Origin: a phage
DNA: 64,000 nucleotides
Sequence record: PZ386966.1
Direction: 5' to 3' (one strand)
The position numbers and the translations under genes were made by a program. The notes under the pieces were generated by a model. That model made no database searches. It was not told the DNA's origin and saw only the letters and a list, made by a program, of their open reading frames with translations. Positions 10,615-27,406 of the stretch are shown here, piece after piece (within the stretch, counting starts at the first letter, position 1; each line of letters begins with the position of its first letter).

Positions 10615-11013
10615 ATGAAAACAGAATCTAGAGTAATTAATGGTAAGAAAGTAAATATCGTTCTGCTTGGGGCAAGAGATGGTATTAAGATGTCTATGAA
10701 GTTGGGTAAAATTGTTGTTCCAACTTTTGCACAGATGCTGTCAAGTCTGACTGACAAGGGTAAGAAAGAAGCTCCGACGGTTCCATTTAAAGAACTTGTT
10801 GAAGCTTGTTTTGACAGAATTGAAGAAATTAACCTTGAAGAGATGGCTACCTTATTATTTCAAGGGGCAACTGTTGACGACTTCCCACTTAATATTGATA
10901 CGTACTTCCAAGCAAACTACGGTGAGTTTATTGATTACTTAGCATTTGCGCTGGAGGCAAACTTCGGAAGTTTTTTCGAAGCAAGCATTTTCAAAAGCCT
11001 AACTTCTCAGTAA
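10615..11013 (+). CDS. tail assembly chaperone (position-based)
   Basis: Small ORF between tube and tape measure genes. Confidence 0.35.
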   Translation: MKTESRVINGKKVNIVLLGARDGIKMSMKLGKIVVPTFAQMLSSLTDKGKKEAPTVPFKELVEACFDRIEEINLEEMATLLFQGATVDDFPLNIDTYFQANYGEFIDYLAFALEANFGSFFEASIFKSLTSQ

Positions 11014-11015
11014 AC

Positions 11016-11254
11016 ATGGGTAACACTCTACAGACACCACTAACTGATGCTGCTGTAGAGGCAACCTATGAAGAAGCAGACGAGATGAAATTTGTGCTTG
11101 CTATTTATGGTATGGAAGGGTGTAAAGAAACACTTGACCAACTCTTTGCTATGACATTCTCTGATTTATTATCATTGAGACAATTTCTTGAGATTCAGAG
11201 GTCGTATAAAGAGGAAATTGCTTACAACGAACTTAGAAGAGCAGGAAAAATGTA

Positions 11255-11255
<1 letters not shown>
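11016..11255 (+). CDS. hypothetical protein (possible second chaperone ORF)
   Basis: 79 aa ORF directly upstream of the tape measure gene; no overlap with the previous ORF, so no frameshift is inferred. Confidence 0.3.
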
Positions 11256-19253
<7,998 letters not shown>

Positions 19254-19255
19254 TA

Positions 19256-20422
19256 ATGGCAGTAGGTGAAATTCAAATTAGTGCCTTGCCTCAAGCAGCC
19301 TTACCAATTGACCTTAGTGATATCTTCCATCTTAAGCAGGGTATTGAGGATAAGAGATGTACTCTTGAGCAATTACTTGCTCCACACTCAAGCCTAAGAA
19401 ATAACCCCCACGGTGTTACTAAAACACAGATTGGTTTAGATAATGTTATTAATGCTCTTCAGTTAGTTGCTGCAAATAACTTATCAGACATTACTAATGT
19501 TGATGAGGCAAGAGCAAATCTACAGATTATGTCTTCAGAAGAGGTTAATAGCCTTATTCAACAGCATATTAATGATAAGAGTAATCCACACAATACAACT
19601 AAAGCACAGGTTGGTTTAAGTAATGTTCAGAACTGGACAACATCCAACCTTTATAATGAAGATGCAGATAAGTACGCTACAGCAAGAGCAGTAAATAACT
19701 TGTACAAGGCTGTTCAGGCTTCTTATCCAGTAGGTACTATCCATCTCTCTATGAATCCTGCAAACCCCTCTACATATTTAATTTGTGGAGGTACTTGGGA
19801 GTTAGTTTCAAGAGGAAGAGCACTTGTAGGTTATGATAGTGCTTCTAGGCCAGTTGGTAGTAACTTTGGCTCAAGTAGTATTAGCTTATCTAGTAACAAC
19901 CTACCATCACATAGCCATTCAATCTATCTAACTGGTGGTGGGCATACTCATGGTGCTACTATTACTATTGATGGCTTTGATTACGGCAATAAGAGCACAA
20001 ACAGTTTCGATTATGGAACAAAGACCACTAATAGCACTGGTGCTCACACCCACTCAGTGAGTGGTTCAACAAATACCACAGGTAATCACACACATACTGT
20101 AGGTGGTCGTTACGGAGGTGACTCTATTGGTGGTAAACAACGTGTTCAGGTCTCAGGGACTGCTCAGGTTTCCAGTGTAGCTGGTGACCACTCACACACT
20201 ATTAGCGGTTCAACAAATACCACAGGCAATCACCAACACACTGTTGCAATTGGTGCTCACACGCATACTGTTGCAATTGGTGCTCATACCCATAAAGGCA
20301 CAGTAACTTTGCAGTCATCTGAGCATACTCACTCAGGTACTACAGGCACTACAGGTGCTGGTCAAGCATTTAGCGTTGAACAACCATCCTTTGTGGTTTA
20401 TGTATGGCAAAGAACCGCTTAA
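19256..20422 (+). CDS. tail fibre protein with fibre repeats, collar domain and His-x-His C-terminal module
   Basis: Repeats 'NPHGVTKTQIGLDNV' and 'NPHNTTKAQVGLSNV' (phage fibre repeat type); collar-like 'YPVGTIHLSMNPANPSTYLICGGTWEL'; C-terminus full of HTH/HSH triads. Confidence 0.65.
   Translation: MAVGEIQISALPQAALPIDLSDIFHLKQGIEDKRCTLEQLLAPHSSLRNNPHGVTKTQIGLDNVINALQLVAANNLSDITNVDEARANLQIMSSEEVNSLIQQHINDKSNPHNTTKAQVGLSNVQNWTTSNLYNEDADKYATARAVNNLYKAVQASYPVGTIHLSMNPANPSTYLICGGTWELVSRGRALVGYDSASRPVGSNFGSSSISLSSNNLPSHSHSIYLTGGGHTHGATITIDGFDYGNKSTNSFDYGTKTTNSTGAHTHSVSGSTNTTGNHTHTVGGRYGGDSIGGKQRVQVSGTAQVSSVAGDHSHTISGSTNTTGNHQHTVAIGAHTHTVAIGAHTHKGTVTLQSSEHTHSGTTGTTGAGQAFSVEQPSFVVYVWQRTA
20240..20293 (+). 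repeat. 27-bp perfect-frame tandem duplication inside tail fibre gene
   Basis: 'actgttgcaattggtgctcacacgcat' followed by 'actgttgcaattggtgctcatacccat', encoding TVAIGAHTH twice. Confidence 0.8.
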
Positions 20423-20472
20423 AAATTCTTTTACAGGGGGCTGTATAGCCCTCTTTCTAGAGGACAAAAATA

Positions 20473-22809
20473 ATGGCAGATTACAAGTTGAGTGAATTAA
20501 ACTCAATCGATACAATCCGTTCAGATGACCTTCTTCATGTCAGGGTTAAAAAGAGACCTGAAATGCTGGGTGATGAAGACCGTCGAATGACCTATCAAGA
20601 TTTCTTAGCATCTTTTAAGCTTGAAAGATTTGTTCAGATTGCTGGTAGTACTATGACTGGTGACTTAGGGATTGTTAAGTTACTTTATGGTGGTAAGGCA
20701 GTATTTGACCCAACAGGTTCTTCTGAGATTACTATGGGGGATGTTTTAAAGACTTTTAAACTTAATGCAAATGGTCTTAAACTAACTATTGCAGATGCTT
20801 CAAGGTCAGCAACTGTTTATCATACTCTGAATAAGCCAAGTCCTAATGAGCTTGGTATGAGAACTAATGAAGAGAATGACGCAAGATATGCAAGACTTGC
20901 TGTCACAAACACATTCTCTGGGACTCAGCAAATTCAAGGTGATGCTAACTTACTTCGCCTTAGAAACCAAAATGCAAATAATGCACAATATATTGAAGGT
21001 GTAGACCTAGATGGTTCGGCTAGATGGTGGGTCGGTATTGGTCGCAATGGCGGTGATACAGTAAACCTGTATAACAACAAATACGACTCAGCCTTGACTG
21101 TTGCAAGTAATATTTCTGTTAATAAATCTTTAGTAATCACTGGTCAAGTCCAACCCTCTGATTTCTCTAACTTAGATGCTAGATACTTTACTCAGACAGT
21201 TGCTAATCAGAGATTTGCACAGTTAGCTGGGGATAACACTTTTACAGGTGCTAATACTTTCACTAACCTTGTTGTTAAGAAGAACGCTAATGCTCTTACT
21301 TTGCAGAATACTGATGCAAGTACACCACTTTACATTCTCGGTAAGAAGTCTGATGGAACAAATAAATGGTATGTTGGTACAGATTCTGAAGATACACGTC
21401 TAAACATTTATAACTACCTTACAGGTTCGCAGGTTTCACTAGGTACAACTATTGGTATCAATAAAACCGTGCAAATCACTGGGCAGGTTCAACCCTCAGA
21501 TTTCTCTAACATTGACTCTAGATATATTCCGGCAGCAACATTAAGTACAATTGCAAGAACTAATGCTACCAACACATTCTCTGCACGACAAGTTATTAAC
21601 TCTGATGGTGAAGCTCTTGCGCTAAGAGCAAAGACTACCTCGTCATTGTTCATTAGAGGTCTTGCTTCTGATGGAACTAATAAATGGTATGTCGGTAATG
21701 GTGGTGCTAATGACGACTTAAGTCTGTTTAACTTCAAAACAGGTAAATATATTTCCGTTAGTTCATCAATCGTCATGAATGCCACTTTAGCAATCACTGG
21801 ACAGGTTCAACCCTCAGATTGGTCTAACTTAGATGCCAGATATTTTACCCAATCAGCAGCTAATCAGAAATTTATGTATGCAGGCTCTACAGGAACAGCT
21901 AGTGAAGTAGGTGATAACAAAGGTGTCGCTTGGAATGCTAAAACTGGTCTGTATAATGTTACAAGGTCTAATGGAGGTTCAACACTACTTGTTTTCCAAA
22001 TGTATCAGGGTTCAAGTTCTACTCCTTCTGCTCAATTAAAATTCGACTACAGGAATGGGGGATTTTGGTACAGGTCATCAAGGGACGGCTTTGGTTTTGA
22101 AGAGGGCTACACACAGATTTATACAGAAAAGTATAAACCAACCCCTTCAGCTATCGGTGCATACACTAAAGCAGAAACTGACCAGAAGATTGCACAGGCA
22201 GTAAGTGACTCTACAGACCTTAATAAAATCTATCCAGTAGGTATTGTAACGTGGTTTAACAGTAACGTTAACCCTAATACAGCACTTCCTGGGTTAACTT
22301 GGACGTACCTGAACAATGGTGTAGGTAGGACAATCAGGGTTGCAGCAGCTAATGGTTCAGATGTTGCTACAACTGGAGGTTCAGATTCTGTTACGTTAGC
22401 AGTTGGAAACTTACCTTCACACACTCATAGTTTCTCTGCGACAACCTCCAGCTTTGACTACGGTACTAAAACCACTAACACTACTGGTGCTCACACCCAC
22501 TCAGTGAGTGGTTCTACTAACAACACTGGTGCTCATACACATACAGTTGGTGGTCGTTATGGTGGTGACTCTATCGGTGGTAAACAACGTGTTCAGGTAT
22601 CAGGTACTAATCAGGTATCTAGCTCTGCTGGTGACCACTCACACACTGTATCTGGTACTGCTGCCTCTAACGGAAACCATGCTCACACAGTTGGTATTGG
22701 TGCTCACAGCCATACAGTGAGTGGTAACACTGGAGGTACAGGTTCTGGTTCAGCATTTAGTGTAACTAACCAGTTCTATAAGCTGATGGCTTGGGTAAGA
22801 ACTGCTTAA
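20473..22809 (+). CDS. long tail fibre protein with triplicated internal domain and His-x-His C-terminal module
   Basis: Three ~110 aa repeats each ending 'ITGQVQPSD(F/W)SN(L/I)D(A/S)RY'; collar-like 'YPVGIVTWFNSNVNPNTALPGLTWTYL'; C-terminal ~90 aa about 80% identical to the C-terminus of 19256-20422. Confidence 0.65.
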   Translation: MADYKLSELNSIDTIRSDDLLHVRVKKRPEMLGDEDRRMTYQDFLASFKLERFVQIAGSTMTGDLGIVKLLYGGKAVFDPTGSSEITMGDVLKTFKLNANGLKLTIADASRSATVYHTLNKPSPNELGMRTNEENDARYARLAVTNTFSGTQQIQGDANLLRLRNQNANNAQYIEGVDLDGSARWWVGIGRNGGDTVNLYNNKYDSALTVASNISVNKSLVITGQVQPSDFSNLDARYFTQTVANQRFAQLAGDNTFTGANTFTNLVVKKNANALTLQNTDASTPLYILGKKSDGTNKWYVGTDSEDTRLNIYNYLTGSQVSLGTTIGINKTVQITGQVQPSDFSNIDSRYIPAATLSTIARTNATNTFSARQVINSDGEALALRAKTTSSLFIRGLASDGTNKWYVGNGGANDDLSLFNFKTGKYISVSSSIVMNATLAITGQVQPSDWSNLDARYFTQSAANQKFMYAGSTGTASEVGDNKGVAWNAKTGLYNVTRSNGGSTLLVFQMYQGSSSTPSAQLKFDYRNGGFWYRSSRDGFGFEEGYTQIYTEKYKPTPSAIGAYTKAETDQKIAQAVSDSTDLNKIYPVGIVTWFNSNVNPNTALPGLTWTYLNNGVGRTIRVAAANGSDVATTGGSDSVTLAVGNLPSHTHSFSATTSSFDYGTKTTNTTGAHTHSVSGSTNNTGAHTHTVGGRYGGDSIGGKQRVQVSGTNQVSSSAGDHSHTVSGTAASNGNHAHTVGIGAHSHTVSGNTGGTGSGSAFSVTNQFYKLMAWVRTA
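20940..21850 (+). repeat. three in-frame ~330-bp direct repeats within fibre gene
   Basis: DNA motif 'atcactgg.caggt.caaccctc.gatt..tctaac' recurs near 21136, 21475 and 21793; coordinates approximate. Confidence 0.6.
22454..22725 (+). repeat. shared His-rich fibre-tip module (copy 2; copy 1 at about 20006-20300)
   Basis: Near-identical DNA and protein ('FDYGTKTTN.TGAHTHSVSGSTN.TG.HTHTVGGRYGGDSIGGKQRVQVSGT.QVSS.AGDHSHT') in both fibre genes. Confidence 0.75.
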
Positions 22810-22816
22810 TCCCTTG

Positions 22817-22845
22817 TTGACTGATTGTTAAGATGGTGTTAATAT
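22817..22845 (+). promoter_or_regulatory. sigma70-like promoter candidate
   Basis: 'ttgact' then 17 bp then 'taatat', followed by inverted repeat aagatggtg/caccatctt (22834-22875). Confidence 0.35.
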
Positions 22846-22888
22846 TCTTTATGGGTATTCTCACCATCTTGGCTGATGAGGTGATTAA

Positions 22889-23086
22889 ATGCCTACAATC
22901 CTAGCAATTCTCCTAAAAAATCTAGGTAGTTTCTTCTGGAAACTCATTTTATCCCTTCTGAGTGAATACATGATTGAGAAAGTGTTCTTTAGGCTTGCAA
23001 GATACCTTGCGAGTAAAACAGACACACCTATTGATGATGAGTTCGTAGATAACTTAGAAAAAGCTTTTAAGGGGGAGAATAAATGA
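22889..23086 (+). CDS. small membrane protein (holin-like candidate)
   Basis: 65 aa with hydrophobic N-terminal segment; sits after the tail fibre genes. Confidence 0.3.
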   Translation: MPTILAILLKNLGSFFWKLILSLLSEYMIEKVFFRLARYLASKTDTPIDDEFVDNLEKAFKGENK

Positions 23087-23454
23087 AGTGGCTAGAGGAA
23101 GCTTTTAAAAATAATATTGGTGCAATTGTAGTTGGTATTTTTAGTGTTATTGGGATGTATACCACCATGCAAGTTTCGGATGGTAAACAAGAAGTGTCTA
23201 TCACAACAAAGTTACAACAGCTAGATAATTATTCCAAAAGCAATTATTCAGCTATTCGTGATTTACAGTCTGATATGAGGCTGCTTCAGCTAGGGATGGA
23301 GAACCAGAAAGTCCAGTTAGAGAATGTTAAGGGAGAGAACGCAAAACTTACTAAGACTCTTGATAAATTCTCTGATAGTGTGAACAATCTGGCTCAATCA
23401 GTATCAGCCCTCCAAGCTATTACTGAAAAGAACACAAAGAATACTGAAAAATAA
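23083..23454 (+). CDS. membrane-anchored coiled-coil protein
   Basis: N-terminal TM helix 'IGAIVVGIFSVIGMY' then Q/L-rich coiled coil. Confidence 0.4.
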   Translation: MKWLEEAFKNNIGAIVVGIFSVIGMYTTMQVSDGKQEVSITTKLQQLDNYSKSNYSAIRDLQSDMRLLQLGMENQKVQLENVKGENAKLTKTLDKFSDSVNNLAQSVSALQAITEKNTKNTEK

Positions 23455-23462
23455 AATTTTAA

Positions 23463-23490
23463 GGCTCCTTTTTACGGGAGCCTTTTTGTT
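23463..23490. terminator. bidirectional rho-independent terminator
   Basis: Hairpin 'ggctcc ttttta cgggagcc' plus T-run, between convergent gene blocks. Confidence 0.6.
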
Positions 23491-23491
23491 T

Positions 23492-24391
23492 CTACTTGCC
23501 TACTGACAAAGGTGCTTCAATCTTTCCTGCATGTTGGTAGTTACTAATTCCACCGATAAAGTCACTTGCGGTAAGATGTTTCAGGTCACTTAAAGTATTA
23601 AGTTGTAGACCAATCTCAAAAGTTGGTGCATGGAACTCTTCATTGTTCATCAGTTCATAAACCTGCTTCATATGATTCTGATAAATCTGAGTATCCCCAA
23701 AGACACCTATCAAGTACCGTGGAGTGTATCCAGTCATCTTACAAAGAACTTCCAGAATAAAACCATAAGATGCAATATTAAACGGAAGTCCTAAAAAGGT
23801 GTCTACTGAACGCTGATACCACTGTAAGTCAACTTCACCCTCGTTAGTAATATAAATCTGAAACAGAACATGGCAAGGTGCTAGAGCCATTGAGTTTGCT
23901 GCAATATCTGCTGCATTCCAAGCATTCACAAGCATGTAACGGTCTGTGATATCACCCTTCATCTTCGTTACTAAGGTCTCTAGCTGGTCTACAACACAAC
24001 CGTTATGACCTTCAAAGTTTCTCCACTGAACTCCGTAGATTCTTCCACCTGCATCTTCTAACCAATCTTGTTCAGAAGAATAGTTAGAGCTTAACCAACG
24101 TTTAAAATCATCTGACCAGATAGTCCAGCGTTCCCCATCATTTTCATCCCAAGTGCGATAACGGAGTTCGCCAAGTTTATTCTCACCATTCAGGAACCAT
24201 AAAGCTTCCCCAATAACTTGCCGTGTAAACACCTGTTTAGATGTTAAGAGTGGGAAACCAGTACGCATATCAAAACGAAACTTAGGTGGAGCAAATGCAG
24301 AGATAACATCTCCAGTTCGTGTAGTACGCAGTTCACCGACTGATAAAACATGGTTCAGGATATTTTTGTAACTTGTATCTGCTTGTGACAT
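23492..24391 (-). CDS. thyA: thymidylate synthase
   Basis: 'ALAPCHVLFQIY' (active-site PCH), 'YQRSVDTFLGLPFNIASY', 'GDTQIYQNHM', 'YGVQWR'; Asn in 'PFNIA' indicates dUMP specificity. Confidence 0.8.
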   Translation of the reverse strand: MSQADTSYKNILNHVLSVGELRTTRTGDVISAFAPPKFRFDMRTGFPLLTSKQVFTRQVIGEALWFLNGENKLGELRYRTWDENDGERWTIWSDDFKRWLSSNYSSEQDWLEDAGGRIYGVQWRNFEGHNGCVVDQLETLVTKMKGDITDRYMLVNAWNAADIAANSMALAPCHVLFQIYITNEGEVDLQWYQRSVDTFLGLPFNIASYGFILEVLCKMTGYTPRYLIGVFGDTQIYQNHMKQVYELMNNEEFHAPTFEIGLQLNTLSDLKHLTASDFIGGISNYQHAGKIEAPLSVGK

Positions 24392-24392
24392 A

Positions 24393-24938
24393 TCAAAAGT
24401 GTCCTTTTACTTGTGGAACATAAATTTCAAAAGTTGCTTTACCATCCTCTGATGGTTTTGACTGTACCTTTGTAAATACACGGTTATCATACAGCTTCTC
24501 AAAGAAGTTTTCAAAAGGTAAATGCACAGTGACCTCTTCAGTAACTTTATGGAAAACAGTATGGAACACTACATCAGCATACGGTAAAGCATCGACAAGG
24601 ACACCTGCACCACCAATTACAAAGACATCTTCATCAATAGAGTTATCAAGATACTTCAAAAATGCTCCAAATGACTCTTTACTGGCTTTAGCATACATTA
24701 CATCATCTTTGCCAAAGTCTATGCCTAAGTATGGTACAGAATTTGTTAAGATGAGGTTTGCACGTTCTGGTAAAGGCTTACACCCCAGAGTCTTGAAAGT
24801 CTCATTACCCATCACTACTAAGTTATTTTTAGTGAGTTTCTTAAACTCTTGCATGTCCTGTTTATGTCGAGGCCACGGCATACCAGTTGGAGTACCAAAC
24901 TCCCCATTTTCACCACTTGCAAAGATTAATTTAATCAT
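24393..24938 (-). CDS. frd: dihydrofolate reductase
   Basis: 'MPWPRH', 'VVMGNETFKTLG', 'PLPERANLILT', 'VIGGAGV' match DHFR motifs; adjacent to thyA. Confidence 0.6.
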   Translation of the reverse strand: MIKLIFASGENGEFGTPTGMPWPRHKQDMQEFKKLTKNNLVVMGNETFKTLGCKPLPERANLILTNSVPYLGIDFGKDDVMYAKASKESFGAFLKYLDNSIDEDVFVIGGAGVLVDALPYADVVFHTVFHKVTEEVTVHLPFENFFEKLYDNRVFTKVQSKPSEDGKATFEIYVPQVKGHF

Positions 24939-25195
24939 TTTGTAAATCCTTTCTTAATGAACCAGTTGACGACACTCTTCACAACTTTACTACGATGGTA
25001 GATAAAATGTGGAGATGGTTGGTATGAACCATAAGCCCAGAAAGCGATAATTTCATTACACCCTGTGCATCGGGTACTTTCTTCAGCAATATGACCGTTG
25101 ACTATTTCACTTACCTCACCTTGTAAGTCTGTACACCCACAATGTGGACATCGGATAGGTGTTCCATCAGACTCATAGCAGTGTTCAATTTTCAT
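24935..25195 (-). CDS. zinc-ribbon protein
   Basis: 'CPHCGC...CTGCNE' four-Cys arrangement. Confidence 0.4.
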   Translation of the reverse strand: MKIEHCYESDGTPIRCPHCGCTDLQGEVSEIVNGHIAEESTRCTGCNEIIAFWAYGSYQPSPHFIYHRSKVVKSVVNWFIKKGFTK

Positions 25196-25711
25196 TTATT
25201 TAACCTCAAAAACTGGCTCAAGAGCCAATATAAAGTCTACACAGTCATCTTCTTCATCCAGAATACCATCAAAGTTCTTAGGAACGAAGTCGAAGAGGCT
25301 CATAACAAAACAGTCAGAAGTGACCCTGATAGTCCCTCCAATGTTCTCTACAGTCAACACTGTACGACTTTCTTTTACCTCCCTCAGAAGATTACTCACA
25401 AAGTCATCTAAGAAGTACTTCATCAGTGACTTAAAACCTTTAGGGTAATCTGTACCAGAGTATGTTTCAATCTGAGGTACAAGCTTAACATTTATACTAG
25501 TCTTTGTTAAGAATGCACTAGAGAACATACTATCAGGTAGCTTACAAACAGTCTTTCCAGTACCTTCATGTTCAATCTCAACAAAACCAGCTTCGTCGCC
25601 ACATGTGACTATTTTAAAAGATGCTTCATTCTCATGCTGCGAAGCCATAAACTTTTTGAGCATCACTTTAAGGAAATCTGCATGAGCATCTTGTAAGAAG
25701 ATATCAATCAT
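25196..25711 (-). CDS. hypothetical early protein (acidic)
   Basis: 171 aa ORF in leftward operon; no motif. Confidence 0.4.
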   Translation of the reverse strand: MIDIFLQDAHADFLKVMLKKFMASQHENEASFKIVTCGDEAGFVEIEHEGTGKTVCKLPDSMFSSAFLTKTSINVKLVPQIETYSGTDYPKGFKSLMKYFLDDFVSNLLREVKESRTVLTVENIGGTIRVTSDCFVMSLFDFVPKNFDGILDEEDDCVDFILALEPVFEVK

Positions 25712-25724
25712 AGTTAATCACCTA

Positions 25725-26084
25725 TTATGGGAACAGACACTTAATGTCATCGTTTTTGAAAACGAAACTTGTGTAGTTATGACCATCAACATCCAGCCAA
25801 ACAGCCTGAACATCTACACCATCAAGATTTTGGTAAAGCTCTTTGATGAAGTGGTCTTTTACAATCTGACTGCTAGTTGTTTCCAACTTAATGTTAGAGA
25901 TTGCTGAACCTACAGCCATATAGCCCATGACACGTTTCTTCTCAGTATGCTTAATCTTACCATCTTTGTAAGCCATAATGAGATTGGAAAGAATCTTTAC
26001 ACCATAATACTTCTCAAGGTGAGTAGGTACACCATAAAAGCCTAATGCAAAGTTTTCAGAGTGGATAATGTTTTCACGTTTCAT
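25725..26084 (-). CDS. hypothetical early protein
   Basis: 119 aa ORF; no motif. Confidence 0.4.
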   Translation of the reverse strand: MKRENIIHSENFALGFYGVPTHLEKYYGVKILSNLIMAYKDGKIKHTEKKRVMGYMAVGSAISNIKLETTSSQIVKDHFIKELYQNLDGVDVQAVWLDVDGHNYTSFVFKNDDIKCLFP

Positions 26085-26085
26085 A

Positions 26086-26415
26086 TTAATCTGCCAACCT
26101 TAAATTGAAATTAACACCAAATTTTTCACATACTTCCAACATATACTCAAGGGAGACGTTACCAGTGAGGTGGATTATGTTGGATACACGAGCCTGAGAG
26201 ATACCACAAATTTTAGCAACTTGCTCTTGAGAAAGACCTCTGGATTTAATCTCTCTCTTAAAACGATGTGCAACGAAGTCTCTCATTTCGTCTACATCCA
26301 TTGGACAAATATAACTCTCCATTTCAGCCTCTCTATCAGCCTCCCAATCATCTTGTGGGGCATAAGGGTCAAAGACCTCATTCATCTTTCTTCTTCCGTT
26401 TGCGTGAAGTGTCAA
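26086..26415 (-). CDS. Xre-family helix-turn-helix protein
   Basis: 'LSQEQVAKICGISQARVSNIIHLTGNVSLEYM' is a classic HTH_XRE pattern; acidic N-terminus. Confidence 0.5.
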   Translation of the reverse strand: MTLHANGRRKMNEVFDPYAPQDDWEADREAEMESYICPMDVDEMRDFVAHRFKREIKSRGLSQEQVAKICGISQARVSNIIHLTGNVSLEYMLEVCEKFGVNFNLRLAD

Positions 26416-26590
26416 TCAATGAATCTATGTTTGTAGCCCTAACCTTTTCACGTTCATCGTTAAGATAATCATCAAGAGCCTTTTCAATCTGTGAATCATC
26501 TTGACAGATAACTGTAAAGATTGTAAAGCCGTCTGTATCATCAATTATCTTACCATAACCGCTTCTGGGATGTAACTTTTTAAGAGCCAT
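26378..26590 (-). CDS. hypothetical protein
   Basis: 70 aa ORF overlapping the start of the HTH gene; weak. Confidence 0.25.
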   Translation of the reverse strand: MALKKLHPRSGYGKIIDDTDGFTIFTVICQDDSQIEKALDDYLNDEREKVRATNIDSLIDTSRKRKKKDE

Positions 26591-26591
26591 A

Positions 26592-26975
26592 TCAAATACC
26601 TGTGCAACTTCTGTTTTCTAAGAAATACTCAACACCATACATAGCTTTTTGCATCAAATCTTCTTTAAACTGGATACGGTGGTTGAGCATAGCCTGTACA
26701 TCAATATCATCACGGTGTTTCTCTTTAATATTTGCAGATTGCAGGAAATACTCTGCAAGAACGTGATACTGATAGTCAGTTACCTTATCAGTCATCTCTG
26801 TCAAAGATTCTTCAGAGATTGGTTTAAGTAGCTCACCATTAGCTAGAGCAACACCTTTTACAATCTGGCAAGTGTCTTCTGGAACACCTGATAAGTCCAC
26901 ATTTGGGAGTTCTGTTGCATTGACTGGTAAATTCATTGCCATAACCATTGCAGCAGCTAATAAAATCTTTTTCAT
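26592..26975 (-). CDS. secreted/periplasmic protein
   Basis: N-terminal signal peptide 'MKKILLAAAMVMAMNLPVNA'. Confidence 0.45.
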   Translation of the reverse strand: MKKILLAAAMVMAMNLPVNATELPNVDLSGVPEDTCQIVKGVALANGELLKPISEESLTEMTDKVTDYQYHVLAEYFLQSANIKEKHRDDIDVQAMLNHRIQFKEDLMQKAMYGVEYFLENRSCTGI

Positions 26976-27259
26976 AATGACCTCAAAGTTATATTGAATT
27001 TTGTATCACATTGAGTATAAAAATAAGCTATAACACCTGACTTGTCAACAGACTTTATAGCTTATTTGGCAGATTTTTTATAAGGCTACTACCATCCTTC
27101 CATACCAGACTACACCATGCCAGACCAGACTTCACATCACCTTACCGTGCAATACATCACTTGAAAACCCTCTTAGAAGACTCTTAAGTGATGTTGGTGA
27201 GTACCCGTTGGTTTATGCTGCTCAGTATACTCACCAAATTTTCTATGTCAACAACTTTA

Positions 27260-27403
27260 TATAAAAGTCCTGATAACTATATGCGTTACAAAACAGAAGA
27301 TTGTGAACAAGACACCCATTGCAAAGGATGTGTTCAAAAGCTTACTTGCAACGTATGACAATACAAAGACAACCAGTATAAATAGAATGACTGTACTGAA
27401 CAT
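27260..27403 (-). CDS. small two-helix membrane protein (not in ORF track, 47 aa)
   Basis: ATG at 27403 directly after ligase stop; translation 'MFSTVILFILVVFVLSYVASKLLNTSFAMGVLFTIFCFVTHIVIRTFI' is strongly hydrophobic. Confidence 0.3.
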
Positions 27404-27406
27404 AGT

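Noticed and set aside
23492-24391. thyA homologue as a dUMP/dCMP hydroxymethylase for base hypermodification
   Set aside because: Active-site context (PCH; R-S-x-D; Asn in 'PFNIA') and adjacent DHFR fit a canonical thymidylate synthase; no glycosyltransferase or other modification genes seen nearby.
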